Source: Chrysomallon squamiferum
Taxonomy: Eukaryota; Animalia; Mollusca
Direction of reading: 5' to 3'
DNA: 64,000 nt
Assembly (NCBI GenBank): GCA_012295275.1
Contig: CM022673.1
Coordinates: 28,024,001 to 28,088,000 of the forward strand
Below the pieces are notes generated by a model. The model was not told the origin of the DNA. It saw only the letters and a list, made by a program, of their open reading frames with translations, and made no database searches. The stretch's first letter is position 1, and each line of letters starts with the position of its first letter. Both the position numbers and the translations under genes were made by a program. Positions 12,871 to 26,799 of the stretch are shown here, piece after piece.

Positions 12871-13206
12871 TCATGATGACAGTGGTGTGTGACATGTAGA
12901 TGTATTGTAATGCATGTCGTCAAGCGGTGATGGCAGAATGTCTAAAACTTGTCAGTACTCGGAGAGTACGAAGCACAAACTGAGTGGGAGTGAATGATAC
13001 TTGTTCTATTTTCTCATCTAACTACATGTCAATGGCTGTTTGTAAATGTCATTTGGACATTTACTTCCACATTGGGAAAGAATTTTTTTTATTTTTTTTT
13101 AAAGACGTTTTTCCTTCATGTCCTTTTTTTTTTTTTAAATTTAAAGTTTCTTTTTATTAATTTAAAGATTTTTAAATTTTGAGGCTTTCTTTTCTTTTCC
13201 TTTCTT

Positions 13207-13247
<41 letters not shown>

Positions 13248-14582
13248 GTCAAACATTTGTTCTAATCAGTGATAAGTTTTTGGAAGTTTTTTGTAAGAGG
13301 CTATTTTTAATGTGTGTAACAATTAATTGAACTGCTGAGGTAAATGTCAAATAAGAAACAAGTATAGCTCTGTGCATCAAATGGTTCCTTCTCCTTAACA
13401 AAATTTCTTTTATTTGTTTCTCTGTAACCAGAACTGTTGGTTATGAATGTCAAGAAAAAAATAATAATACCCCAAAATCCCTAACAAAATAAATAAATAA
13501 ATAGAATTATTTTTTTTATTTTTTATTTTTATTTTTTTTTAAAAAGGGACAAAATTAAACCAATTTTGTTGTCATGGCTTGACTTTTTATTATTAGAACT
13601 TCTTTTCTTTCTTTTTTTCACAACAAAAGTATTTTACATCTGGTACAAAACAAATAACCATACTAATATGAAATTAAATTATCTATCTGTACATAAATTT
13701 TATTATTTTTCTGTCCATCACTTGCTTTCTGATACTCCCATTCCACAATACTGCTTCTCTGCCTATTTACTGTTCCAGTATATTGGATTTCTTTGGCTTC
13801 AGCTGCTGTTTGACATTTTCCCTTGTAATAGTATCTTACAGGACAAATTAAGTAATCCCATTATATAAGTCCAGACCCCAGCTGGCTGCCTTGGGTCACT
13901 GCTTCCCCAGACCCTTTTTTCTTTGTTCCGCTTGAGTAAGCAAACCCAATGCAAGCCACCAGCAGGAAGTGAAGATTCTATAGGTTTTCAATGTTTGATT
14001 TTTTTTTTTTTTTTTTTTTTTTCCTTCAATGACATATGTGCCTTGGTCCTTCGTCTGAGCTTTGGAAAAAAGATGACCTGACCTCTCTGGTTGTTTGACC
14101 TTTACATTGGTTATGTCACAGTGTTCATCCTTTTAAGCAAAAACCTGCTAAGTGTACAGATGGGTGGTGGTCATTGGGAGATGCAGATGTTGGGGCCTAG
14201 GATGTGTTACGGCACAGGATGTTTTCATAATCACTGGCTTTATTTTCTTAAACAACATGTTTTTCAAGGTTTTTTGCTTACTGTTTCTAAACTAATGGGC
14301 AGTGCAGTGCAGTGCAGGCTGTGAGTGACCTTGTAGAGTTTTATTTAAAATTTATGACTTTCTTCAAACCAGCAGATGTAGTTTTACAGCCAAAACATTC
14401 TGAGGTTTTTGACTAATATTTAAATTTGTCAAAAGTCTGTTCCAAAAGCAAATATTTTTCTGAAAATATTTTAATATTAATATAGAATTTACCTACCTAC
14501 TGATTTATGTGTATTATTATTATTAGATATGCATGCACACACAAACAGTCAAACATATGCATAATTATACACCTAAATATAG

Positions 14583-14595
14583 ATACATACATACA

Positions 14596-14631
<36 letters not shown>

Positions 14632-14665
14632 TATACACTCATATATACACACATACATACATACA

Positions 14666-14697
<32 letters not shown>

Positions 14698-14700
14698 CAC
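14583..14700. repeat. (TACA)n microsatellite
   Basis: Direct reading. Confidence 0.95.
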
Positions 14701-15052
14701 ACGTGCACGATTACACAGACAGATCCCCATTCATACACTTGTACATAAATTTATCAAAATTAACACAATCATTTATTTACTTTATCACAGTAGTTTAGAA
14801 ATGAATCATTCATTGTACCACTGGACGAATCAGGTGTACATCTCTCTATCTGTTAATAATCTGTGAAATATTGTTTAATTTCTGTTAACATCATTCTGTC
14901 TTCAATAAATGTCAAAAAAGGCCAAACTTGTTATATTAGTTGTATCAGCAGCACAGATGAAACATTTCTCATATTGAAAATAAATAATTCACACAAGACA
15001 ATATCTCTATTTGCTCTGAAGTTCAAGCAGCGTTTGCCCGTTATTATTCTAT

Positions 15053-15065
15053 CCCCCTGCTGTGA
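15053..15065. promoter_or_regulatory. Zic/odd-paired consensus site CCCCCTGCTGTGA within a GC-richer island (14940-15380)
   Basis: Matches the Zic consensus CACAGCAGGGGG on the minus strand. Motif only. Confidence 0.3.
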
Positions 15066-15831
15066 TTCATAAGATGTTTGTCATACAAAATCTTCTTCGC
15101 TCGCTTGTTTATACAGATAGCAGGGCCTGGCCAGAGCTGCCCTGTCCATTCAGAAAGGGCTGAAGTGACCAGTGTAAGCCAGGTCAAACACCGAGGCCTT
15201 TGTCCACTGGACATATGGTACGACAAAGAGTATCTGGTCCCTTTTTCTCTCTGTTGGCCACACTGTCACACACATAGCATTCACCGTAAAAACCAGTTAT
15301 GTAATTTTTATCTTGTGAATGGGGAACACAATAACAAAGAAAATATCCCACCTATAAATGTACGCTGTTTGTGATTTGGGGGAAAAATTTAGATTTTTTT
15401 TTGATTTTTGTTGAAATTTAGATTTGTTTATTTTAATATTTGTTACCGTTTGTTTATTTTCGTAATTTGGAGATTATTTTGGTTTTTGTATTATTATTTT
15501 TATTATTTATTTTATGTAACTATTATTATTATAATTTATTGTTAAAAATATTTTAATTTCTTTTTTTATTAAAAAACCTTTTAAGATGTGTATAGTGAGA
15601 GTAAAATCTGCAAAGAAAATGTAAAATCTTAACATTAACTTTTTTCTCTTTTCATATATAAAATACATTTTAACAAATATTAATGGCATACAGAAAGTTT
15701 GAGAGTCAAACATAAAAGAAGTGATTTGATATATGTAGACAGAAAGCCAGAGAGAGAGAGAGAGAAGAGAGAGAAAGAGAATGAGTTAGGTAACAATTCA
15801 ACTCAGTAACTTATAAAGAAATAAAAAACCA

Positions 15832-15928
15832 AATAGTAATAATAGTAATAGTAATAGTAATAATAATAATAATAATAGTAATAGTAATAGTAATAATAAT
15901 AATAGTAACAGTAACAATAATAATAATA

Positions 15929-15959
<31 letters not shown>

Positions 15960-16018
15960 TAGTAATAATAACAACAACAATAATAATAATAGTAACAGTA
16001 ATAATAATAATAATAATC

Positions 16019-16058
<40 letters not shown>
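15832..16058. repeat. (AAT)n/(AGTAAT) microsatellite
   Basis: Direct reading. Explains the poly-L/Y/I ORFs. Confidence 0.97.
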
Positions 16059-16710
16059 GTACTATCAAAAGAAATATCTCTACTTAAGAAATAATAAATA
16101 TTCCTCGAACAATCATCGCCCGCTGCCCGGACTTGATCCCGCGACCTCTGGCTTTTCACCGTGACGAGAGTGTATTGTTGTGCCACATGCAGCTGGCTGA
16201 TCCAACAAGGCCCTTGTAATCAGACTGAGTCGTTTATGGCTGTGAGTTAACAATTACCTCGCAGACTTGTGACCGAACGACAACAGAGACAGATGGCGGG
16301 ATTAGAACTACAGTGACCAAGAGATGGAAAAAATGTCCTGTTTGACAGCACGGTGTGATGGCTGCCATTACTAAACAGATTCCTTTAATCTGAAGCTGAA
16401 AGTCACCCTTGCGATTTTTTGCTCATGATTAAAATGTTTCCCCATCACTGAAGGTGCATATTGATGATGATGTGCAGTACTACTACTGATGATAACCAAA
16501 CCAGTGTGTTGAATGTCAGTGGATAGATTGTTGTTACTACCTGCAATTGGGTTCAGTGTTACTGCTTATATAAAGTGGTAGAGAGTTTAATTTGACATAC
16601 ATACAAAATCATGATGATAATAGAATCCTATTAAAAGTTAAGTTTCAAATGTGAATTAATATGATGACAGTTTGGTTTCATATTTTGAAGACATACATAC
16701 ATACATACAT

Positions 16711-16745
<35 letters not shown>

Positions 16746-17580
16746 TATATATACATATACACATATATATAAACACATGTACAAACATATACATACACAT
16801 GCATAGATATCTACATTTGCACAAATTACAATTATCACTTGATTACCTCTTATTGTTGTAGTACATTACTTTCAATGTTAATTTTTTAACTAATTTTTTT
16901 TATATATTTTTTTTAAATTACTGTTTACCAAACTTTATTTACTTTTAAAATATTTTGTTTCAAAAAATATTCCCTAAGCAACAATGCTTCAACAAAAATT
17001 TCTAAACATTTAATACAAAAAAAAAGGTTTCAGTACAGTTTTTTAATTTTCTGTTAATGAATAAATGCTTTCATCATGAATATTTAATGATGCAAGAACA
17101 CAAATACTTTTGAATATAAACAAAAATAATAATAAAAAAAGATTTCTAGTTTGTCATGGTCCAAAACTAACAGAATAATATATATATTTTATATATATAT
17201 ACACTTTTCCCCTGTTAAACAGATTTGCTTGCTTGTGAATAGATAATAGAAGGACACATATTCTTTATTTAAGGCTTATAAGCTTGTTTGAGTAGGAAGA
17301 TAATTTCATTGCTGTTTTAATAATATTTTTTTTTTTATATTAAAAATGTTTGTGTTTTTTTTGGATTTAATTAATTGTCAGAGTAATTTCATTACTGTGA
17401 ATTGTTTTATTCCGCAGCTGTTAGTAATAAGATTTAGATTTAGATTTTGAGAAAAATGGGACGCAGTTTGCCCAAAGCAATGTCTTTTCTTTTTGTTGTT
17501 TAAATTGAAAAGTGTATTTTCAAATCAGATCTGAGGAGTTTCCATATTTACATATCCTATACTGCCTGTTCTGTATGTTA

Positions 17581-17805
17581 CTATTATTATTATTATTATT
17601 GTTATTGTTATTGTTATTGTCATTATTATTATTATTATTATTATTGATATTTTTGTCATTATTATTATTGTCATTATTATAATTATCATTATTATCATTA
17701 TTATTATAATTGTCATTATTATTATTATAATTATTATAGTTACTGTTATCATTATTATTGTTGATATTCTTATTATTATTATTATTATTATTATTGTCAT
17801 TATTA
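17581..17805. repeat. Degenerate (TTA)n microsatellite
   Basis: Direct reading. Explains the poly-Asn ORF 17520..17837. Confidence 0.93.
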
Positions 17806-19489
17806 AATGTATACATACATAACAAAACTTGTTTCATCTAGAAACTACATTCATTGTCCTTCCCACTTTTCTTCAATACTGGATCTGCCTCTGCAAAATA
17901 TTCAGTTTTATTTACTTTTTATATATATATTTTTTTATTTTATTCAACAAAATCATTTCATCTCGACACGTTACCTCCACCTGGATGTGGTGCACCCCCC
18001 TCTTCTGGTGGTGCACCCCCCCTCTACTGACAGATTGGATCTGAGCCTGCGAATTGTCCTTCTTCTGTCCTGGGACATCTCTGTATGTTTTCTGATGCCC
18101 ACACAATTAATTATTTTATTTATGACGTACAGTCCCAAGTGTAGGCTACGCTTTCCTTGTGTCACACTGAAATTTGTCGAATATTAGAAGAAACATTACT
18201 GTATAAAATTTCTATATTTTTGAAAAAAATAAAACAAAAAAAAAACCCAGTTCAATTTGATTGATTCGTAAAACTGTATTATCAGTCTGTGATAGAAGCA
18301 GAGAGTTGACAAAAGCTAAAATTTCTTTAAATTTCGCATAGAAAATGTTTATTAATTAGGAAACTTAACACAGATTTGATGTTCATTAGTGTCACATGTT
18401 TTACAAAGAGAGAAGAATTTTAACCTTTTTAATTTTTCTTGAATGAGAATAAATCAATGTGTGTACTACACGAAATAACAAAACATTTTAAAATTGGTAT
18501 TTAAAATACTTCAGACAAATTAAAAAAAATCATTATATATATATATATGTAGTATATGTGAGGGAACTGTAACAAGAAAATGTGATGGTTGAGAAACAGG
18601 TTCCATTCATTCAGTTCAGCAGACTAAAGATAACTTTGAAAAGAACTAAAAGAGCTAATTTTTTTTTTTCTTCTTCTTCTTCTTACACACTTTTAACTTC
18701 TCTGACTAAATCTTTGAATATCTGAACATCCACTGGGGGTCTGAGTCGATGACAAAGACAGTGTCGTCATTTCAGCCTAGTCCTTTTCCATTCACTTCTC
18801 CCCCCCTTTTTTCTCATTAGGCTGATTTATAATCCCTTATATTGATCCCTGATCCTCCCTGTCTTTGGCAGAAGACACTGATTGTGTAACTGCTGCCTTT
18901 CACTGACAAGTCCACAATGGGAAGATGCCTTTCACCATTCCAGTGTATGGGGTAACAGTTTATGCCTTATCCATCAGATAGATGATATCTATGTGTTTTA
19001 TTGCACGGGCTCCCCTACCAGGCGAATCACTGTGGGTTACGTCACCTGCGGTGTGATAATCATTGTTAATAGATAACTGGGCAAACATCACAAGAGTTAT
19101 AGGTTCTTCACCCATCACAATGGTCCTATTTTAATTCCTCTTTTTTCTAGTTGAGATGTTAATTTTCAAATAAGTGTGATAATTTGTTTCTAATATTTTA
19201 TGGTTGTGGTTTTTTGTGTGTGTGGAGTTTTTTGGTGTTTTTTTTTTTTAGTAGCCTATATGATCTGTTTTGCTATCCAATAAAAAAAAAGTTTATCTGT
19301 CTTTTTAACAGTTTGTGATAATTTCGTTTGAAGAGCAGCCTATGTCAGTTTGGTATACCATTCATGAAGGAAACTTGTAGCACGAGTGGAGTATATGAGT
19401 TTGATTATTTTCGCCACTGTTAAAAGATGTCATCCTGCCTTGCAGTTTGTGAGTTTATTTTTTAATTTATTTATCAGTAGTAGTGTTCA

Positions 19490-19860
19490 TCTTTTTTTTA
19501 AAAAGTTTGAGACAAAAAGTTTCTTCAAGAATGATACCATTTGTGTTTGAATGCTTTGAAAGACATTTGATCTTTTTAAGAATTAGAGATTATTATTTTT
19601 TTTATATAGGAAAAAATTTCTGATTTTCTGATTTATGTATGAACACTTTCCAAACTTGCTGAGCTTTTTAATAATTAGATATAATTACAAAAATATCTTA
19701 AATAGAAAGAAAAAAATATAATTTATGTATGGACACTCTAAAGTTATATAACTTTTTAACAATTTCAAGAATTATGCTATATAGGAAAAAAGTTAAAGAT
19801 TTGTGTATGATCACGTTAAAAATTGCTTAAGATTTTTAAGAATTTGAAACAAGTTCAAAG
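19490..19860. repeat. Degenerate ~80-90 bp tandem repeat, 3-4 copies
   Basis: ATTT(A/G)TGTATG(A/G)..CAC at ~19631, 19722 and 19799, with recurring TTTTTAA(G/T/C)AATT and ATAG(G)AAA blocks. Confidence 0.7.
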
Positions 19861-20460
19861 GAATCTCACACAAGTATAATAAGTAGTTTATAAAAGTACA
19901 TACACTGAAAGGAAAGAACTTTAAATTTGTTCAGATATTATTAATTAACTATTATAGTTGTAAGTTCTTTTAAAATTGTAACCAAACAATTAAAAGAACA
20001 GAATATTTTTTACATTTATTGTAAGTGAGAAACAAACATCATTTTTAATTATTAAAATATATAAATTATGATGAACAATTTCTGTCATGATATATAATTA
20101 ATACGTCTGTTACTGAAATTGTATCAAAATCTTAACAATTAACACAGCTCTAGTAAAATGTATCGATCAGCTGTTAACATTTTAAGTTATCTGTATCATC
20201 AAATAATAATTTTATAAAGTTATTAATGCTAAAAGTTCTTCGGTCCTGTTAAAACACTTGTAGAAAATTTGCGAAACACCATGTACTAAAGTAGAATTAC
20301 ATAACACAAAAATGATGTAAAAGTTGTTCTGACCTTTTACCAGTTAAATATATAATTCATAGCTGAACACATTAAAACTTTTCTCCTTTTAACAAATTCT
20401 CACAGTCCCATTTTTTTAAATACATCTTCATCTGTAGAATATTTAATTCATCAATGGACA

Positions 20461-20497
<37 letters not shown>

Positions 20498-21148
20498 CCT
20501 AAATTGTGTTTACAGTTTGATGCAGTTTCAGAATAATCCTACAGCCATAACTATCCTGAATGTGAAACCCTTTGAGAGAGATATCAATAATTTACTAATT
20601 TTATTTGTAAGAAAACCAGTTATTATAAATTACAACATAGTCTAAACTGATGTATATAGATCTCTATATAAGTATGCAGTTTAACATTAAAGGTGAAGAG
20701 AGCTTAAATTTATTGGGTTTTTTTTTTCACCTGATGTGAGGATTTCACTAACTGATGCTTTGGGCAACAGAAAAAAAAAATAATATATATATATATATAT
20801 ATAAAATAAAAAAAAATAAAAAAGTGTTTAAAAATTTAACCATTTAATCAGTAAAATTTAAAACAATTATATGAATGTATTTGATAATCAGTAAAACAAA
20901 TTATATGAATGATTGCTAAAGAATCAAGTCATTTTGGTATAATTAATATAATTTATACATAATTCATATACAAGTACTTAAAAATGAATAGTATAAGACT
21001 ATAAATTTTATATATATATATATATACATACATCTGTATAATATATACATTTGTAGAATATGCCTTTGAAATTGTGAACATAATGAAAAACCTACATACA
21101 TAATTAAAACATAATAATATTACATTATATAAAATTATATTAAACACA

Positions 21149-21194
<46 letters not shown>

Positions 21195-21475
21195 CACATG
21201 CACATGCACATGCACATGCGCACACACACACAAACACACAAACTACATATATACATGATTAATTCATCTGTGAAGTTAGATATTAAATTTACTGGCCTTT
21301 TAACAGCCTGATACAATTTATAAGCCACTTTCTGCTCTTCTAGTTCAATATATAATTCATACATGAAAACTGCCAGATGGGATGGCTTGACTAAACAATC
21401 TCAGTTATAGTGTTGTTTAAAACTTTTACATTTATCAATTTATGTGACTTTCCTCACCACTGCTATTGTTTACTT

Positions 21476-21525
<50 letters not shown>

Positions 21526-21626
21526 GTTTTTATCCCCTTTCTTGTGAATATTTAATGATACACACACTTAACAAAAATAATGAAAATCGTACATTGTATG
21601 CGAGACAATGGACCTAACTCTGTGCT

Positions 21627-21640
21627 GTTGCCATAGCAAG
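21627..21640. promoter_or_regulatory. RFX X-box GTTGCCATAGCAAG flanked by Sox-type sites
   Basis: 13/14 match to GTTGCCATAGCAAC. ACATTGT, GACAATG and TCATTGTG lie within 40 bp. Confidence 0.4.
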
Positions 21641-21807
21641 GATATTCATTGTGCCTGATGCTAAAGTGTTGTTTGAATTTTACTGAATATAATTCACACA
21701 TTAAAACTTTTATAAAGCCTTAATCACTTTCAACAAAAAGGGAAAAAAAAGTCAATATTTGGAAAATTAATTTTTGGTTTGAAAAGCATTTATAGACATG
21801 TTATTAC

Positions 21808-21842
<35 letters not shown>

Positions 21843-23593
21843 TTTTTTTTTTCCCCACAGCATTTTGGTAATGTTTATAGAATTTTTTAAATCTTTGTTT
21901 CTGTAATCATCACACTTTTTTTTTTTTATTCCTATTTTAATATTGACATTATTTTTATTTTATTTCATTTTTATTTTTTAAACCTAGATATTTCAGTCTA
22001 TCTATCTTTGTAACACTTTTTAAAATCTTATTGTTATTATTATTACTTTAAAAAGAGTTATTGTTGAACATTAATGTTTGTTTATTTTTTGAAATATATA
22101 AATGTATTATATTCAAATTAAAAAGAATTAAGAAAATATAATAACGGTAACTTAATATTATGATATTTGGTTTATAAACATATTTATAAAAGATTAAATT
22201 AAAAAATGTCAAACCACACAAAAACCCATTTAAATCAATCAGTATTTTATACATTTTCTACTTGTGTCTGTGTTTGTGTGTGTGTGTGTGTCTGTCTATG
22301 TGTGTTTGTATGCATGTGTGCATGTGTGTGCGTGCGTGTGTGTGTGTTAGGGAGTGTGTGTGTGTGAAGTTTATTTTTTAAATATATTTTTTTGGCATCC
22401 AGGTATTTGAATAGGTTATTTTTGCAGATTGTTTGTACATTGTTGGAGAGAGATTCAGTTTCTCTGTGTCACTAGATTACTTATTGTGCTGTGATGTAAC
22501 TGTCACTAGGTGACAGTGTTTATCCCACCTCTTTTGTTACACTGACTTTCTCAACTTTCTCAAATGGAATGTGTGAAGAAAAAAGAAAAAAAAAAGAAAA
22601 AGGAAACAAATTAAACAAAAGTTCCATGTTGTTTTGTTTTTCTGAAAATATTTTCTGCTACATGGGTTTTGCGTAATAAAAGTGCATGTCTAACATATAC
22701 CGACACCATTCTTAGAATTTTTCAAAAATACAGTGTCACTTGGGTTGGTAAGGGAGTTCGTGTGGTCTGGGTTTTTTTTTCATTTTTTTAGAAACATACA
22801 GGCTTGTATGTATGTATGTTTGCATGAACACACACATTATTTGTGTGCACATGTATAGACAGAAGAATTTTAAAAACCAAAAATTAAAATTAAGGAAAAG
22901 CTGAAAAGTTACAATAGATATGTTCTTTTTTCGTTTCTGTTCTTTTTCTTTTAAAAATCTCTTAATGTAAAAGCTAACATTTTCTTTGCTGTTAATTAAA
23001 TATTAAACAACTGTACTAAATGAATGAATGGTTATCAAACAATGTACACCATCACCAAAATTACACAGATGAATAAAAGAAAAGGAGTAAATATATATAT
23101 ATATAATCTCTATATATATATATGTGTATATATCTATCTATATATATATATATAATATGCAGATTGTAACAGAATATTAGCCTTCAGTATCTATACAAAA
23201 TTTAAAATTTAAATTGGGACAATGGATGAAATTATCTCTCGCGACCGAACCCACAGGGACTCACTTTTGTGACAAAGATTTATAAGAAGTGAACGGAACA
23301 CAAAAGCAAACTGCAATAGCTTTCTTAGTGCCAGTGTTTCCACCACTCACTCTGTTAGGTATTGCCACTTCTTTTTCTTACTCCATTCACCGTCTTTGCC
23401 TTTTACAAACAGAAACGAACTGCTTGGTATACACAATGGGTTTATAAAGCCCAGTACGTCGAAACATCTGTCACAGCCTTAACAAGTTACAATTCATTTC
23501 ATTGGCTTCTCGCTTGGGCTTGTCTTGTTAATTTGGGATAAATCTTCTTGTGCAACTCATAATCACTGCTGAGATAGCTGGGTAAGAAATCAC

Positions 23594-23653
23594 GGGGTTT
23601 GGTTTTGGGTGGGGTTTCGGGTGGGGTTTCGGGTGGGTTTCGGGTGTAAAGGG
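23594..23653 (+). repeat. G-rich (GGGTGGGGTTTC)-like tandem repeat, potential G-quadruplex
   Basis: Eight or more G3+ runs with short T/C loops. The copy at ~45401-45449 has a different unit arrangement. Confidence 0.7.
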
Positions 23654-25418
23654 TTCTTCTTTATTTGTGTTTCTTGAATGTAAATATAACATGGTATTTA
23701 TTTTATTTTTTATTTTTTTTTAAAAAGAAATGAAAAAAAGATGGAAAGTATATTTTTGGTAAGAGTGACTGTTTTATAGTATGGTTTTTAAAATTCTTGT
23801 ATGTGTATGTGTTTATAATGTGGTTTATATATTTTTGTAAATACATCCATATATATATACATATATATATACACACATATTTATAGTACAACAAAGTCAC
23901 ACCTGCTATAGCAGCCACCTCTTTTCACAGACCTAATTTTTATCTTACCATGTAATTTTGTGCAGTTGAGATAGAACAGCTTCTATTGCTGCTTGCTACA
24001 TGTTTGTATGTTGTTTTATTATGTTTACACAGATTCAGTAAATAGCTTAGAAAATGAAAGGTTTTTAAACATTCATCATTTGAAATACTAGATTGTCATG
24101 TATTTTTATTTATTTATTATATATTTTTCAACATTTAAAAAACAAAAAAAAAACAAAGAGGGAGAATTTATTGTATAACATTTTCTTCCTACATAGACAT
24201 TATTAACTTTGTTTTCTCAGTATAATTGTTATATTTCTTGAAATGAGGTGTGTATCACTTTAATTTCCTGCAATATGTAACAAATTGATTTTTTTCTTGT
24301 TTATACATATTTAAATTTTTATGTAGTTTATCTCTGTATTTGTTGTATCAATAACAGTAATGCCTAGGGCTGTTTTTTTAATGAAGTCGTTTATTTGTAC
24401 ATTTTAAGAAGTAGAAAATAAATAATAATGTTTTTAAATTAAATCAAAACAAAAATCAGAACACCCCGAAGATTGAAAAAATATTATTATTTCATTTAAA
24501 GAAAGTTTAAAAAAATAAAAATTCACCAAAACTATAAATATCAAGACTAAAACTAATATTGATAATGAAAGAATTTTCTTGATTAATTATTATTATTTTT
24601 TAAATGAATAGTGAAATGTAACCTTTGGTAAGTTATATGTAGATTGTTTGATATACTCTACATTGTAATCTCTAGAGAATACAGTGCTTTTAATTGTAGG
24701 CTACCTTTATTACTTAATAAATAAATTAAATTAAATTGATTTCTAATAATAATAAAATATATATAACAATTTAGGTGGGTTTTTTTCAGATAGCTTGTAT
24801 CTTAATCAAAAAAATTATCATTTTTAAAATAAATAAATAAATTACAATTAAAATTAAAATTAATTTCAGATTATAATAAAATGTATATGAGCAGTTCTTT
24901 TTTCTCTTTCTTATTTCTTTTTTTAGATAGCTTGTAACTTAATTCACTTTACCTTACTTTATTTAATTATTTATTTTTAATGATCAAAATTTGTCCAACA
25001 TGACATCAATACATTGTTCAGTTAATTATTAATAAATTATTAAAGCATAAAGATGGTATGAACAGGACAACATGTACCACAGTATTTTATAAACCACATG
25101 TGAGCGACTGAACAGGTTGGTGAAGAAATCACTGTTAAATATCAGACATATCTTTGATGTAATGACAGGAAAGAAGAAATACATTTTCTGTCTTATTCTT
25201 GATAATTAGCAACATTGCATCTGTTCCAACCCATAAACACGATAATAAATCAATTATGAGGAACTGGTTAGATTAGGAAATTGCCCAGTGTTAGTGCCAA
25301 GCAGTATTAATCTTAAAACAGTCTCAATCTAGAAATATAATCAATGATCTTTCTTGTATTCACGGTTAAGTTCCTTTATCTTCGGTTATGTTTAAAATTC
25401 ATTTGAAATGTCAAACAG

Positions 25419-25469
<51 letters not shown>

Positions 25470-25664
25470 ACACACACACACACACACACACACATATGTG
25501 CATGTAGTTAGTAGATTTTATTTTTCAAATGTCACATAACTTATTTAAGCATCTGTTGAGATTTATTCATTAATTTTATTTAAATAATTGATTCATTTAT
25601 TTAATTTATTTATTTATTTTATATATTTTTTTTAAACAGAAAATTGCAGTCTTGGCTACATCTG

Positions 25665-25719
<55 letters not shown>

Positions 25720-26343
25720 ATATATATATCAATACAAATTGCAAACTTTTATTAACACTTCTCCCCTTTCATCTATCTACAGCGAATTTGACGAGCTCTC
25801 AACTCATTAACTCGTGGAGTTTTGTAATAGTAAACTCATACTGAAGTGTTGTGAAGCTTAAAGCGGTTATTGTTGTATATTGATCCATGTCAGGGTATTG
25901 TGATATACAAGGAGAATCAAGTCAGAAAGGGATATAATAAAAAGTCAAGTAACTATTTTATAGATCTCTCTCCATGTTTGAAAGATCTTTGTGTAATACC
26001 TAATGTTATCTACATTAGTGTTATTGTTGTTACAATTGCTAAAATCCCTATTCAAATAATGTTTATAAAAAAATAAATAATGATCTGTAAATAATACATA
26101 TATATATATATATATGTAATATCAATTAATATTACATATATAAATATATTTATTATATCCATTAGTGGTTTGTTACGAGTATGTTAAACTCATTAATGAT
26201 AGTTTTGCTTTATGAACCTTTTAATATGATATTTGTAGGCGAATTAAAAATGTCCTCAGTTACTTAACGTAATGAAAATCACTTAATAGTATTTATATTA
26301 ATGTTTGAATATTTTGAATATTCTTATTCGCGTGGAGAGAAAT

Positions 26344-26393
26344 CGCGTAGTTCAGTGGTTAGAGCGTTTACACAGAATGTCAAAGGTTGCAGG
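26344..26393 (+). pseudogene. Truncated tRNA-like fragment or SINE head (second copy ~48161-48210)
   Basis: A-box/D-arm GTAGTTCAGTGGTTAGAGCG, imperfect anticodon arm TTTAC-ACAGAAT-GTCAA, then AGGTTGCAGG. It stops exactly where the TTCGA B box should begin. Confidence 0.55.
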
Positions 26394-26446
26394 AGGACTG
26401 AGTGTTTTCATTGCAGACTTTGAGCAGTGTCCATTCCTTCCATCAC

Positions 26447-26799
26447 CACACACACATGCACACGCATGCACACACACATACACACACACACGCATGCACA
26501 CACGCACATACACATTGCGTAACACCACACATTACTTAACACACACATACACACACACACACACATGCACACATATTGCATAACACACACACAACACACA
26601 CACATTGCATAACACCACTCATTACGTTACACACACATACACACACAGCGCACACACACATTGCATAACACACATACACACACATTGCATTACACACACA
26701 TACACATTGCGTAACATACACATACACACACACAACACACGTACACATGCTTTCTCTTCTCATACAAAATCCACACACACACACACACACACACACACA
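26447..26799. repeat. CA-rich minisatellite with recurring CATTGC(A/G)TAACAC motif (second copy ~48263-48640)
   Basis: About six ATTGC(A/G)TAAC units plus variants, embedded in (CA)n. Confidence 0.85.

Noticed and set aside
23258-23280. 13-nt match to miR-153 (GTCACAAAAGTGA, minus strand)
   Set aside because: The seed is absent and there is no complementary arm.
26344-26420. Functional tRNA gene
   Set aside because: No T-loop/B box, no acceptor stem, a mismatched anticodon stem and no U33.
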